A stretch of DNA of 64,000 nucleotides. Origin: Nitrospirales bacterium. Its GTDB lineage: Bacteria; Nitrospirota; Nitrospiria; Nitrospirales; UBA8639. The notes beneath the pieces were generated by a model. The model searched no databases. It was not told the origin of the DNA and worked only from the letters and a program-made list of their open reading frames with translations. Of this stretch, positions 41,284 to 50,644 are shown piece after piece; position 1 is the stretch's first letter; every line of letters begins with the position of its first letter. A program made the position numbers and the translations under genes. The stretch spans positions 928,001-992,000 of the forward strand of contig CBDBCZ010000019.1 of NCBI GenBank assembly GCA_965203295.1, read 5' to 3'.

Positions 41284-41568
41284 TTTTAGCGTCCTTAGTT
41301 TGAATGCTAACTAGAAATAGACTGCCCGAATGCCGAATTATCTTACGGTTTTTTCATGGTCAATATGAATGGAAATACTCTAAGTTTGTTTAACTATAAA
41401 CACAATTCTTAATCTATCAAACAATTGAGACTGAGATGCAAATCAGGTATTATGGCAATTTTTTGATCAGGTTCCGCAAAGAAGTCGGCATAAACACAAG
41501 GCCTCCAAACGGAAAACATGTACCTGCTAGGGTACAATCTCTCGCTGATTGGAGTCCCGTGGATTGAG

Positions 41569-42453
41569 TTAAGACCCTACGCCGATTTTGGTGAGGATCG
41601 ACTCAGGAGAAATGATGTTTCGTGATAAGCCGAGCGATTTGGGTTCCATGCCCATGGCTAGGCCTAGGAGTTGAGGCAGGTGCAGAATGGGGAGGTTGAT
41701 GTGGGTATTCGTTTGCTTGCCCGCTTTGGATTGCATGCCGTCAAGATTCAAATGGCACAAAGGACAAGGGGTGACCATGATGTCGGCTCCATGAGCTTTG
41801 GCATCGTTCGTGTGGGTCGCTACCATGGTGAGTGAGTTGGGTTCGTTAATGGTCAAGATAGGGAAGCCGCAACAACGACTCTTCCCAGGAAAGTCCACCA
41901 CTTCGGCTCCGAGGATTTCAATCACCTTTTCCAAAGCCTCAGGACGTTTCGAATAAGGGTTGAATCCTAATGCTTCAGCCGGCCGTTGTAGATAGCAGCC
42001 ATAAAATGGCGCAGCGCGAAGGCCTGTGAGTGGTTTCGTGATGTATTGTCGCAATTTCTCTTCTTCAATATCCTCCAATAGGATCCACAAGAAATGTCGA
42101 ATGTGCGTGGTGCCTTTATAGACAAGGCCTTCTTCCGCAAGCACTGTGTTAATCTCAGCTAAGTAGTCAGGATCGTTCCTCAACCGGTGGTTGGCTTGGC
42201 TCATCACGCCTTGACAGGTGCTGCAAATCGTCATGATGTGTAGATCTTGTTGTTCCGCAAGCGCAAAGGTTCGAGCATTTAAGATATCGCCCAATCGTGG
42301 ATCTTTTTCCTGTAACACACCGGCACCCGTGCACGAAGCCGTGGTCATTTCTTCGAGTTCAATCCCAAGTTTGGGATAGACCTGCATCACGGATTGGTAG
42401 AGTTCTGGACAAGCCCCTTTTGAAACGCAGCCAGGGAAAAAGGCGTATTTCAT
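41569..42453 (-). CDS. sdhE: Succinate dehydrogenase CCG-domain subunit (SdhE, HdrB-like)
   Basis: FFPGC, CSTC, PFYGC, CCG, CPLCH; operonic with sdhAB. Confidence 0.88.
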   Translation of the reverse strand: MKYAFFPGCVSKGACPELYQSVMQVYPKLGIELEEMTTASCTGAGVLQEKDPRLGDILNARTFALAEQQDLHIMTICSTCQGVMSQANHRLRNDPDYLAEINTVLAEEGLVYKGTTHIRHFLWILLEDIEEEKLRQYITKPLTGLRAAPFYGCYLQRPAEALGFNPYSKRPEALEKVIEILGAEVVDFPGKSRCCGFPILTINEPNSLTMVATHTNDAKAHGADIMVTPCPLCHLNLDGMQSKAGKQTNTHINLPILHLPQLLGLAMGMEPKSLGLSRNIISPESILTKIGVGS

Positions 42454-43409
42454 GTTTTCTTCTCCACATGTTTAAAGAGATTGCGGATTTGGTGAATTCC
42501 TTGAATTGGTCGATGTAACGGGCCTGAAGGTGGCAACTTCCGGTGAAGGAATGATTGTATGGCAAGGGGTATCATAGACAGTAAACGGGGAAGATTGCGC
42601 CATCCTAACGTGCGCATTGCTAACATGGGTTCATCCAGGAGGCCTTTTTGACGGATAATATCTGTGAAGACTTCTGCATGGCGGGAGCCGCACGTCGAGG
42701 GAACTTTTTCCTCCATACCTTTTGACCGTAAGGCCATGATACGATCCATGGGCGCCACACCTTTCGGACAGACCTGGATACATTCCATACATCGTGTGCA
42801 GTCCCACATCCCACCAGGTTGATTGAGTGCATCCAGGCGAGCCTTCTTTGAGCCGTCCCGTGGATCAGCCACAAATCGGTAGGCTTTCGCCAACGCAGCA
42901 GGTCCCACAAATCTCGAATCAATCTCCAGTACGGTACAATCTGACACACAAACCCCACACATAATGCAGCTCATGACACCTGCTAGATGGTTCATGGCTT
43001 CTGCTGGGGCCACGTATTCGGCTTTTGGAGCTGGTCGTTCTGGCTGCAGCCACGGCTTAACTTGGCGCATTTTAGACCAAAAGGAGGCCATGTCCGTGAC
43101 CAAATCCTTAATGACTGGCATGTTGTTCATAGGCTCAACTTGAATGGTTCCACCCTGTGGGGCTATGGACACAACTTTCGTTTTACACGCTAAGGTGGCG
43201 TGGCCGTTGATCCGCATGCCGCATGAACCGCAGATGGCTCCACGACAGGAGCAACGAAGGGCTAGAGAGTCATCTAAGGTTTCTCGAACTTTGATGAGCC
43301 CATCCAACACACTGTCCGACTGATCGAGAGCAAGCGGATACTCTTGATAATAAGGCTTGGGATTTTCAGTCTCTGGGTTGAAGCGTTGAATGCGAAGAAT
43401 AGTCTGCAT
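42450..43409 (-). CDS. sdhB: Succinate dehydrogenase/fumarate reductase Fe-S subunit
   Basis: CRGAICGSC, CIMCGVCVSDC, CTRCMECIQVCP. Confidence 0.95.
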   Translation of the reverse strand: MQTILRIQRFNPETENPKPYYQEYPLALDQSDSVLDGLIKVRETLDDSLALRCSCRGAICGSCGMRINGHATLACKTKVVSIAPQGGTIQVEPMNNMPVIKDLVTDMASFWSKMRQVKPWLQPERPAPKAEYVAPAEAMNHLAGVMSCIMCGVCVSDCTVLEIDSRFVGPAALAKAYRFVADPRDGSKKARLDALNQPGGMWDCTRCMECIQVCPKGVAPMDRIMALRSKGMEEKVPSTCGSRHAEVFTDIIRQKGLLDEPMLAMRTLGWRNLPRLLSMIPLAIQSFLHRKLPPSGPLHRPIQGIHQIRNLFKHVEKKT

Positions 43410-43475
43410 AGTAAGTTCGAGTTTCAAGTTTAAAGCAATATCAGTTACTGAATTTTCGATTCAATGCTCGGAATA

Positions 43476-45191
43476 TCAATACACTCGGGCTTGGGGTTCC
43501 CATTGAGTGATGCGGACGGGTAAATAGTCGACTTGAGGGGAACTTTCCTGATTATGATAAATCAAGATGTGCTTGAGCCATTGCTCATCATCGCGCTCCA
43601 AGCAATCAGTGCGAAAGTGGGCTCCGCGACTTTCCTTCCTCGTTAATCCACCCATGACAATGGTTTCGGCACAATCCAGCATAAACCCAAGTTCTAATGC
43701 CTGAATAAGCCCGGTGTTAAACACTTGCCCTTTATCTTTCACGGTGATGCTACCCCAGCGCTCTTGCAAGTTGGCAATAGTCTGTTGGGCGGTTTCCATG
43801 CCCTCCTGCTCTCGGAATACTCCAAGATGTTTGTGCATCGTGACGCCCATTTCATAACGAATGCTGGTGACCGAATCTGAGCTGTCCTTCCTGTTGAGAA
43901 TGGCGGAGACCTTCGTCTGTTCTTGCTGAACTACAGAATCAGAAACCTTGGGAGCAGGTGTCGCCTTCGCGTAGGCCGCTGCGCAATTCCCCGCGCGTCT
44001 TCCAAAGACGACCGTGTCTAATAAAGAATTGGCGCCTAGACGGTTCCCGCCGTGAAGACTGATGCAGGCTGTTTCACCAGCCGCAAACAGACCATGTAGC
44101 CCTTTCCACCTGCCGTGAATATCCCAGCAGCGTCCGTCAATGTCTGTTTTGATTCCTCCCATTTGATAATGCATGCCTGGGCGGATGGGAATGGGTTCTT
44201 GAGTCAGATCAATATTGGCGAAGGTTTTTGCTTCTTCACTGATCTGTCGGAGCCGTTCCTGAATAAACCGTTTCCCCAAATGGCGGCAATCCAGCAATAC
44301 GCACCCATCCACCCCGCGTCCTTCGTTGATTTCAATTTGTTCCGCACGAGACACAACATCGCGTGAGGCCAACTCCATCATGTTGGGAGCGTACCACTCC
44401 ATAAAGCGCTCCTTTTCATTGTTCAGAAGATAGGCTCCTTCTCCGCGTGCTGCCTCACTTATCAATAAGCCTTTGCCTTTTAACGTGGTTGGATGGTACT
44501 GCACCATTTCCATGTCCATGAGCGGGGCGCCAGCTTGATAGGCCAAGGCCATTCCGTCTCCAGTGCAGATCAAGGCATTCGTACTAGGCTCGAAGACACG
44601 CCCCAATCCGCCAGAGGCGATGATAACAGTTTTAGCTTTGAATAGGCAGAATTTCCCAGTCCGAATTTCAAAAGCCATGACTCCTCCACAATGGCCGTGG
44701 TCATCATGGACGAGGCCAGTGACAAACCACTCTTCAAAGGTAGGGATTTGAGCTTGGAGAATTTGCTCGTAGAGCACGTGCAAGATAGCTTGTCCTGTGA
44801 AATCCGAGACAAAAAAGGTCCTGGCTCGTTTCTGACCTCCAAACTGTCTGGTCCCTAATCGACCTTCCTCGTTTCGGTTGAAAATCACTCCCATATGTTC
44901 CAAATCCAATATGTCTTGACCGCCTTCCTGGGACAATACTTCGACAGCATCCTGATCGCCTAAATAATCGCTTCCCTTAATTGTGTCAAAAGCATGGTCC
45001 TCCCAGACATCACCGCGATCAGTCAGTGCAGCGTTGATGCCTCCTTGCGCTGCATTAGAGTGGCTTCTCACGGGATGGACTTTCGACAGCATGGCCACCT
45101 TGACTCCGCTCTCATGAGCTGCCAATGCTGCCCGCATGCCAGCTAACCCTGCACCCATCACCACGACATCAAATTCGTCGGTGTCGATCAT
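43476..45191 (-). CDS. sdhA: Succinate dehydrogenase/fumarate reductase flavoprotein
   Basis: [44 protein letters not shown]. Confidence 0.95.
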   Translation of the reverse strand: MIDTDEFDVVVMGAGLAGMRAALAAHESGVKVAMLSKVHPVRSHSNAAQGGINAALTDRGDVWEDHAFDTIKGSDYLGDQDAVEVLSQEGGQDILDLEHMGVIFNRNEEGRLGTRQFGGQKRARTFFVSDFTGQAILHVLYEQILQAQIPTFEEWFVTGLVHDDHGHCGGVMAFEIRTGKFCLFKAKTVIIASGGLGRVFEPSTNALICTGDGMALAYQAGAPLMDMEMVQYHPTTLKGKGLLISEAARGEGAYLLNNEKERFMEWYAPNMMELASRDVVSRAEQIEINEGRGVDGCVLLDCRHLGKRFIQERLRQISEEAKTFANIDLTQEPIPIRPGMHYQMGGIKTDIDGRCWDIHGRWKGLHGLFAAGETACISLHGGNRLGANSLLDTVVFGRRAGNCAAAYAKATPAPKVSDSVVQQEQTKVSAILNRKDSSDSVTSIRYEMGVTMHKHLGVFREQEGMETAQQTIANLQERWGSITVKDKGQVFNTGLIQALELGFMLDCAETIVMGGLTRKESRGAHFRTDCLERDDEQWLKHILIYHNQESSPQVDYLPVRITQWEPQARVY

Positions 45192-45263
45192 GAGAGACAA
45201 CGCACTCCACGGTCGCTGTTTGGTGCAGCCATCGAATGTGGAAAGAATAAGGGTCGGTATGGT

Positions 45264-46412
45264 TTATGACGGAGAGGCGCTTCGTGTTTCCAAAGGTTCG
45301 TAATGGCGATCATGTGGTCCTTCATAAATTTGATCTGGACGGAAAAGATGATTTTCTTGGTATTGCTCAAAACAATGGCCTAACCAGCCAGCGACTCTCG
45401 CCATGGCAAAAATGGGTGTGAACAAATCAGTTTCGATTCCCATACGATGGTAAATTAGGCCAGAATAGAAATCCACGTTCGGACGGATACCTTTGTGCCC
45501 AACCCGCTGTTCCATTTCTTGCTCAACTGTTCGAGCGATTTGAAACAGCGAATCCGTTTCCTCTTTCTCTTCCTCGAGTTGTTGAGCCAAGCCTTGGAGG
45601 AAGATCGCGCGAGGGTCTTTAACCTTGTAAACCTTATGGCCGAATCCCATAACTTTATCTTTCGCTGACAGCTTCTGTTCCACGTAAGTCGGAACACGAT
45701 CCACTGACCCGATTTCCTTCAACATATGAATGACGGCCTCATTTGCTCCACCGTGAAGTGGACCTTTTAGCGTGCCTATGGCGGAGGAGATTGCCGTATA
45801 CGGATCAGCCAATGTCGAGGCCGTCACTAATCCGCTAAAGGTAGAGGCATTCATCGTGTGTTCTGCATGAAGAATGAGACAGCTATCGAATATTTGGGGG
45901 ATGGAGGGCTCTGGCACATTCTCAAACAACATATAGAAGAAATTTTCCGAGTATGACAGATCATCTCTAGGCTGAATCTGATCGTCTCCTCGTCGGAGCC
46001 GTGCGAAGGCAGCGACGATGGTGGGGAGTTTGGCGATAAGGCGAACGGCTGCCAAATACCACCCTTCCTGATCTCGTACATCGCGGACCGGGTAAAACAT
46101 GCCAAGCGCTGCCACAGCCGCCTGAAGAGCATCCATGGGGTGTCCTTGTTCAGGAAGCGATTTGATCAGGTCGGTAATCCGGTACTTAATCCGGCGGTGT
46201 ACTGTGAGGTCTCGATGAAACTGAATTAATTTTTCCTTCGTAGGGAGTTCGTTAAACAGGAGGAGAAATGCAGTCTCAGCAAATGTACTCTTTTGAGCCA
46301 ATTCCTCGATCGGTATGCCACGATACTGCAAAACTCCTTTTTGACCATCAACGTGGCTAATGGTTGACTTGGTTGCTGGAACCCCGGCTAACCCAGGAAA
46401 GAAATCATGCAT
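45264..46412 (-). CDS. gltA: Citrate synthase
   Basis: HAEHTMNAST, GPLHGGAN, GFGH.VYK..DPRA, NVDFYSG. Confidence 0.93.
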   Translation of the reverse strand: MHDFFPGLAGVPATKSTISHVDGQKGVLQYRGIPIEELAQKSTFAETAFLLLFNELPTKEKLIQFHRDLTVHRRIKYRITDLIKSLPEQGHPMDALQAAVAALGMFYPVRDVRDQEGWYLAAVRLIAKLPTIVAAFARLRRGDDQIQPRDDLSYSENFFYMLFENVPEPSIPQIFDSCLILHAEHTMNASTFSGLVTASTLADPYTAISSAIGTLKGPLHGGANEAVIHMLKEIGSVDRVPTYVEQKLSAKDKVMGFGHKVYKVKDPRAIFLQGLAQQLEEEKEETDSLFQIARTVEQEMEQRVGHKGIRPNVDFYSGLIYHRMGIETDLFTPIFAMARVAGWLGHCFEQYQENHLFRPDQIYEGPHDRHYEPLETRSASPS

Positions 46413-46503
46413 AGAGAAACATCCTTATTGGAGAATAACTGGTTATGAGAAATGGGAGGTGAGAATCTTATTCCCCCTATGAGCAATGGCCGTATCCAAG
46501 TCA

Positions 46504-46905
46504 TTAATCCTGGCCGATTCTTGGTTCAGAATAACTCGCAAAGCAAACAAGAAGATCCCGGATTGACAGAAGTCCAACAACTTTACCCGCCTGAGAAACC
46601 GGCAAGTGGCGAATGTTCAGATCCGCCATCATATCATGAGCGTCCCGTAAAGATCGTGTGCTCTCGATGGTGGCAAGGGGCGTGGTCATAATCTTTTCCA
46701 CGGCCACTTTGGTCTGATACAGTTTTTCAGCAACAGCCCTCTGGACTATGTCGGTGTCGGTAATGATCCCAATCATCTCTCCATTCTCTTCGACCAATAA
46801 TGAACAAATTCGATCACTTTGCATGAGTTGAGCCGCCTCAGTGATCGAAGTCCCTCAGTGAATAGTTTTTATGCCAGTCGTCATGATGTTTGCTATTGTG
46901 GACAT
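46504..46905 (-). pseudogene. CBS-pair protein with early nonsense codon
   Basis: MSTIANIMTTGIKTIH*GTSITEAAQLMQSDRI...GIITDTD...IRHLPV; TGA 46855-46857. Confidence 0.8.
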
Positions 46906-47309
46906 TGGATTACCCTACTTTTGATTGGTTCAAAGGTTCGTCCTTCAGATACATTAAGCCACGTCCCACAATATAAGGACTTGGGCTATCAATCGCTACC
47001 CCTCTCCTTACTCCAGTATACTATAACACCCGAATTGATCTTTGGCGTACACTTTCTGATCGATTGGCAAGTAATGTTTTCCACACCATAGCTCCTCCCC
47101 TTGGTCATGATGACGTTCCTTTTGGTGTGGAATATCTGGGGTCGGAGTGGGGTGAGGCAAGTGGGAGGGGAGGGCTGAAGTTTTGAGGTAAATCCTAGAG
47201 AAACAGCGAGTTTGAGTTTTTTGGCAATACGGGAGAGACGCGTGGGCCAGCGAGCGCTGCCCCAGCTGCAAAGTTCTGTTAGAGCTCAACGCTGCTAGGG
47301 ACTTCCAAC

Positions 47310-47897
47310 TTATTTCAGAGGAAATTGAATAATGATGCCTCCCATGACATCGTTGAGCTTGTAGTTCCGCCTCGGACTGAGCGAGTGTTCATTGTGACAG
47401 GTTACGCAGGCTTGAGAGACCGCTCTATCCGCATAGATCGCTTTGTAGTGGGGACTTTCTGCTCTTCTGATCGTACCCGTATATACTGCGCTTGGATCAT
47501 CCGACACCGCCTGCAATCCTGTTCGTTCGAAGTCCGTGGCCGGCATATTGGCCTCCTCAACAGGCCATAAGCTCGCAAGCCGGTACTTGAGGCCGGATCC
47601 CTTCTCTGCCACCTCAAGCCCTGCAAGTTGCAGCATTTGAGCTGGAAGGGGAAGCTGGTTACTCTGGTCCCAGTCTTGTGACGCCAGGGCTTTCCCATGA
47701 TGCTGCATCCTTTCGACCACGAGGGAGGCATACAGGGTCCGGTCCGCTTCAATAATCGCATGGACATAGTCTGCAACCACCTTTGGCGCAACACAGGCCT
47801 CGTCGCCCACTTCTCTCGTTCCCGAGGAACAGCCCACATACGCAACCAACGCGAACCCAGCAAGAAGGGTTCCCCGCAAGAAAATTGTTTTGATCAT
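47310..47897 (-). CDS. DUF3365-family c-type heme lipoprotein
   Basis: Lipobox YVGC, LPLPAQML, ADRAVSQACVTCHN, DVMGG. Confidence 0.82.
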   Translation of the reverse strand: MIKTIFLRGTLLAGFALVAYVGCSSGTREVGDEACVAPKVVADYVHAIIEADRTLYASLVVERMQHHGKALASQDWDQSNQLPLPAQMLQLAGLEVAEKGSGLKYRLASLWPVEEANMPATDFERTGLQAVSDDPSAVYTGTIRRAESPHYKAIYADRAVSQACVTCHNEHSLSPRRNYKLNDVMGGIIIQFPLK

Positions 47898-48024
47898 GAC
47901 GCCACCTCCTCTGCATGTACTTCCTGCTAAAAAGAGAACGCCTCGCACGGCAGGTGAGGAAGGGAACGTTCCCTAATCCTCGGGCTGGTCTGGGCTGATC
48001 CTCTCAGCTTGTGCGCAAAACACA

Positions 48025-48060
48025 AAAGCCCTTCAGGCACAGTGTCACCCGAAGGGCTTT
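48025..48060 (-). terminator. Intrinsic terminator in the leader upstream of the DUF3365 gene
   Basis: AAAGCCCTTC...GAAGGGCTTT followed by TGTGTTTT on the minus strand. Confidence 0.65.
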
Positions 48061-48254
48061 CTAAAGGAAGTCCTAATGATCGAGGACGTCTGTTCGTGCC
48101 ATTCACCCCATACCTAGACCCTGACTGCCTTCTGTGAACAGTTCGAGCCTACGCCTCTACGCGAAGCTAGTCAACGGGTCTACTTGCTAGGTGGCCTGTT
48201 TTTAGATAGAGAGACACAAAAGAGATAGAAGGTGATTCGCTCTTCGAGGTTGGC

Positions 48255-48306
48255 GAATAGTTTTTATAGCAGTCGTCATGATGTCTGCTATTATGGACAT
48301 TGGATT
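48255..48306 (-). repeat. Truncated duplicate of the CBS gene 5' end
   Basis: 48/52 nt identical to 46860-46911. Confidence 0.8.
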
Positions 48307-48515
48307 TTTCTCCTTAATTGACTCTGAGCGTATACTATAAGGTATGCGGATAAAGGTGAATATTCGGTGAGAAATCAGGGAATTCCCTCTGTTTTTGTAG
48401 GCAGGGTGTACAATGATTGTAGGAGCGAATGAGAAGGATATTTTATGGGGCAAACGATTGTGAATGTGATACTGAAAAATGCCGAAACATCATCTTAGAT
48501 CTAAAAGGAGGCCAC

Positions 48516-49994
48516 ATGGATAACCTGGCAAACAATTTTATTGGCGGAAAGTGGGTTCCAGCTCGTTCGGGACAACAGTTTGAAAGCCGCAATTCTGCCA
48601 CGGGGGAGCTTATCGCGCAATGTGCTGATTCTGGGCAGGATGATATCAACAAGGCTGTGGCTCGAGAGGCATTCGAACCATGGCGGCTAGTCCCTGCCCC
48701 TCGTCGGGGAGAAATTTTGTTTCGTGTTGCTGAGCGCCTGCAGCGCGACAAAGAAGAACTTGGACGGTCTCTCACCAGTGAAATGGGCAAGGTGCTCGTG
48801 GAAGGGCGAGGGGATGTTCAGGAAGCCATCGATATGGCGTATTACATGGGTGGGGAGGGCCGGCGTCAGTTTGGTCAGATCGTGCCATCAGAACTCGCGG
48901 ATAAAGTGGCGTATGGTGTCAGAGAACCCTTAGGCGTAGTAGGACTCATCACACCTTGGAACTTCCCCATGGCTATCCCCGCTTGGAAAAGCTTTCCTGC
49001 CCTGATCATGGGCAACACCGTGGTTCTGAAACCATCTCCTGAAACCCCGGTCACAGCCGCTCTTTTTGTCAAGGTGTTGGAAGAATGTGGGATCCCACCT
49101 GGTGTGATCAATCTCGTGCTGGGGAGTGCTCATGATTTGGGAGCAGCCTTGGTTCGACATCCGGATGTAGCCTTGATTTCATTCACAGGCTCAAAGGTTA
49201 CAGGTAGAAAAGTCGCCGTAGAAGCTGCCACGCATGACAAGCGGGTGGCGCTGGAGATGGGAGGGAAAAACGCCATTATCGTTCTCGACGATGCCGACCT
49301 TAATCTTGCCGTGGATGGCATACTGTGGAGCGCGTTTGGAACGAGTGGCCAGCGGTGTACCGCATGCAGTCGGCTTATTGTACACCACGATGTGAAAGAG
49401 AAATTGGTCTCCCGGTTACTGGATCGAATGGCCAAATTGCGGGTAGGGAACGGTTTAACTCCGGAGGTAGAGATAGGACCGATTATTAGTCGAGCCCAAC
49501 TTGATCGTGTCCAGCAATATGTCGACATCGGAAGAAAGGAAGGGGCACGCTTACTCGCAGGTGGTCATGCGTTGTCTGATGGCGAGTACAAGCATGGCTA
49601 CTATTTTGCTCCTACCTTATTCGATGAAGTTTCTCCCAATATGCGGATCGCTCGAGAAGAGATCTTCGGCCCTGTCCTTTGCGTGCTGAAGGTTCAAAGT
49701 CTCGAAGAGGCCATCACCCTCAACAATTCTAGTGAATATGGGTTATCTACCTCTCTGTATACGCAGGATGTGATGAAGGCCCAGCGAGGTATGCGCGACC
49801 TGAGAACGGGGATTGTATATGTCAATGCCGGAACGATTGGGAGCGAGGTCCATTTACCCTTCGGCGGTGTCAGGAATACAGGAAATGGTCATCGTGAAGC
49901 CGGCCAGGCTGCTTTAGAGACATTTAGTGAATGGAAGTCCATCTATGTGGACTATAGTAGACGCCTTCAACGCGCCCAGATTGATGTTGAATGA
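48516..49994 (+). CDS. Aldehyde dehydrogenase (aminoadipate-semialdehyde/P6C-dehydrogenase-like)
   Basis: ITPWNFP, FTGS, LEMGGKNA, GQRCTA, EEIFGP; AGGAGG RBS. Confidence 0.9.
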   Translation: MDNLANNFIGGKWVPARSGQQFESRNSATGELIAQCADSGQDDINKAVAREAFEPWRLVPAPRRGEILFRVAERLQRDKEELGRSLTSEMGKVLVEGRGDVQEAIDMAYYMGGEGRRQFGQIVPSELADKVAYGVREPLGVVGLITPWNFPMAIPAWKSFPALIMGNTVVLKPSPETPVTAALFVKVLEECGIPPGVINLVLGSAHDLGAALVRHPDVALISFTGSKVTGRKVAVEAATHDKRVALEMGGKNAIIVLDDADLNLAVDGILWSAFGTSGQRCTACSRLIVHHDVKEKLVSRLLDRMAKLRVGNGLTPEVEIGPIISRAQLDRVQQYVDIGRKEGARLLAGGHALSDGEYKHGYYFAPTLFDEVSPNMRIAREEIFGPVLCVLKVQSLEEAITLNNSSEYGLSTSLYTQDVMKAQRGMRDLRTGIVYVNAGTIGSEVHLPFGGVRNTGNGHREAGQAALETFSEWKSIYVDYSRRLQRAQIDVE

Positions 49995-50010
49995 CACCTG
50001 GAGAGTGAAA

Positions 50011-50613
50011 ATGGTCGATGAAAAAGCAAAACTCGAAGCATTGGTCGATGGGCTAGTCGCTGATTATCTTGAAGGGAATGCCGCAGCGCGTCTTCTGAAG
50101 GGCAGTCTCGACGAAATTGGGATTGGCTTTTCTCCTGTCCTGGACCATATCACGCTCCGCACTCGTGATATCGACACACGAGCAGGGGAGTTTGTCCGAT
50201 TAGGCTATGAGTTTGTGGAGACCCTCGAATACGGAGATTGGTTTGCCAAAGTGTACCGAACCCCAGGATTTCCTGCATTGTTTATTGATCAGGCCTATGC
50301 TGATCAACGGGGTAAAACAAGCGTCATTCCCAAGTGGGTCGACATGTTTACTGATCGACGGCTCCACCATGTTGCCGTATTAGTTCAGGATATTGAATAG
50401 GCTATGGCTCAACTCCAATCCAAAGGCGTGATGTTCCGAGGCGAGATTATCGGAGACAAGGGGAATGTGCTTCGGCAAATCTTCTCGGCACCTGAAGAGG
50501 TTAAAGGTGAACCGTTTACGGTTCTTGAGCTGACTGAGCGACATGCGGGGTACATGGGATTTTCACCTCCACAGGTGGATGCCCTCATGCAATCCACAGT
50601 CAAAAGTGCCTAA
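50011..50613 (+). pseudogene. VOC/glyoxalase-fold protein (DUF1338/HglS-like) with in-frame TAG
   Basis: DHITLRT, LHHVAVLVQDIE*AMAQLQSKGVMF, LRQIF, LELTERH; TAG 50398-50400. Confidence 0.72.
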
Positions 50614-50644
50614 TGCGGACAAGTAAAACCGAAGAGTACGAGCA

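Larger units (their letters stand above)
38258..41311 (-). mobile_element. Array of three integron-cassette-like units without integrase
   Basis: Each ORF is preceded by a GTTAG core and followed by its own near-perfect complement (see findings). Confidence 0.6.

Noticed and set aside
41569..42453. Heterodisulfide reductase (methanogen/sulfur metabolism)
   Set aside because: The CCG protein is operonic with sdhAB, i.e. the known SdhE-type anchor.
45630..45650. GFGHKVYK instead of GFGHRVYK in citrate synthase
   Set aside because: Conservative single substitution with catalytic His/Asp retained; significance cannot be judged from sequence alone.
48140..48170. Lysine riboswitch (GTAGAGGCG on the minus strand next to lysine genes)
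   Set aside because: Wrong strand for the operon, too short, and the other L-box elements are not evident.
29330..50400. Amber read-through or genetic-code reassignment (in-frame TAG in ppx, pstB2 and the VOC gene)
   Set aside because: Internal stops include TAG, TGA and TAA, replace different residues and co-occur with frameshifts; TAG also ends intact genes (phoR, pstA, purC). Decay explains this better.
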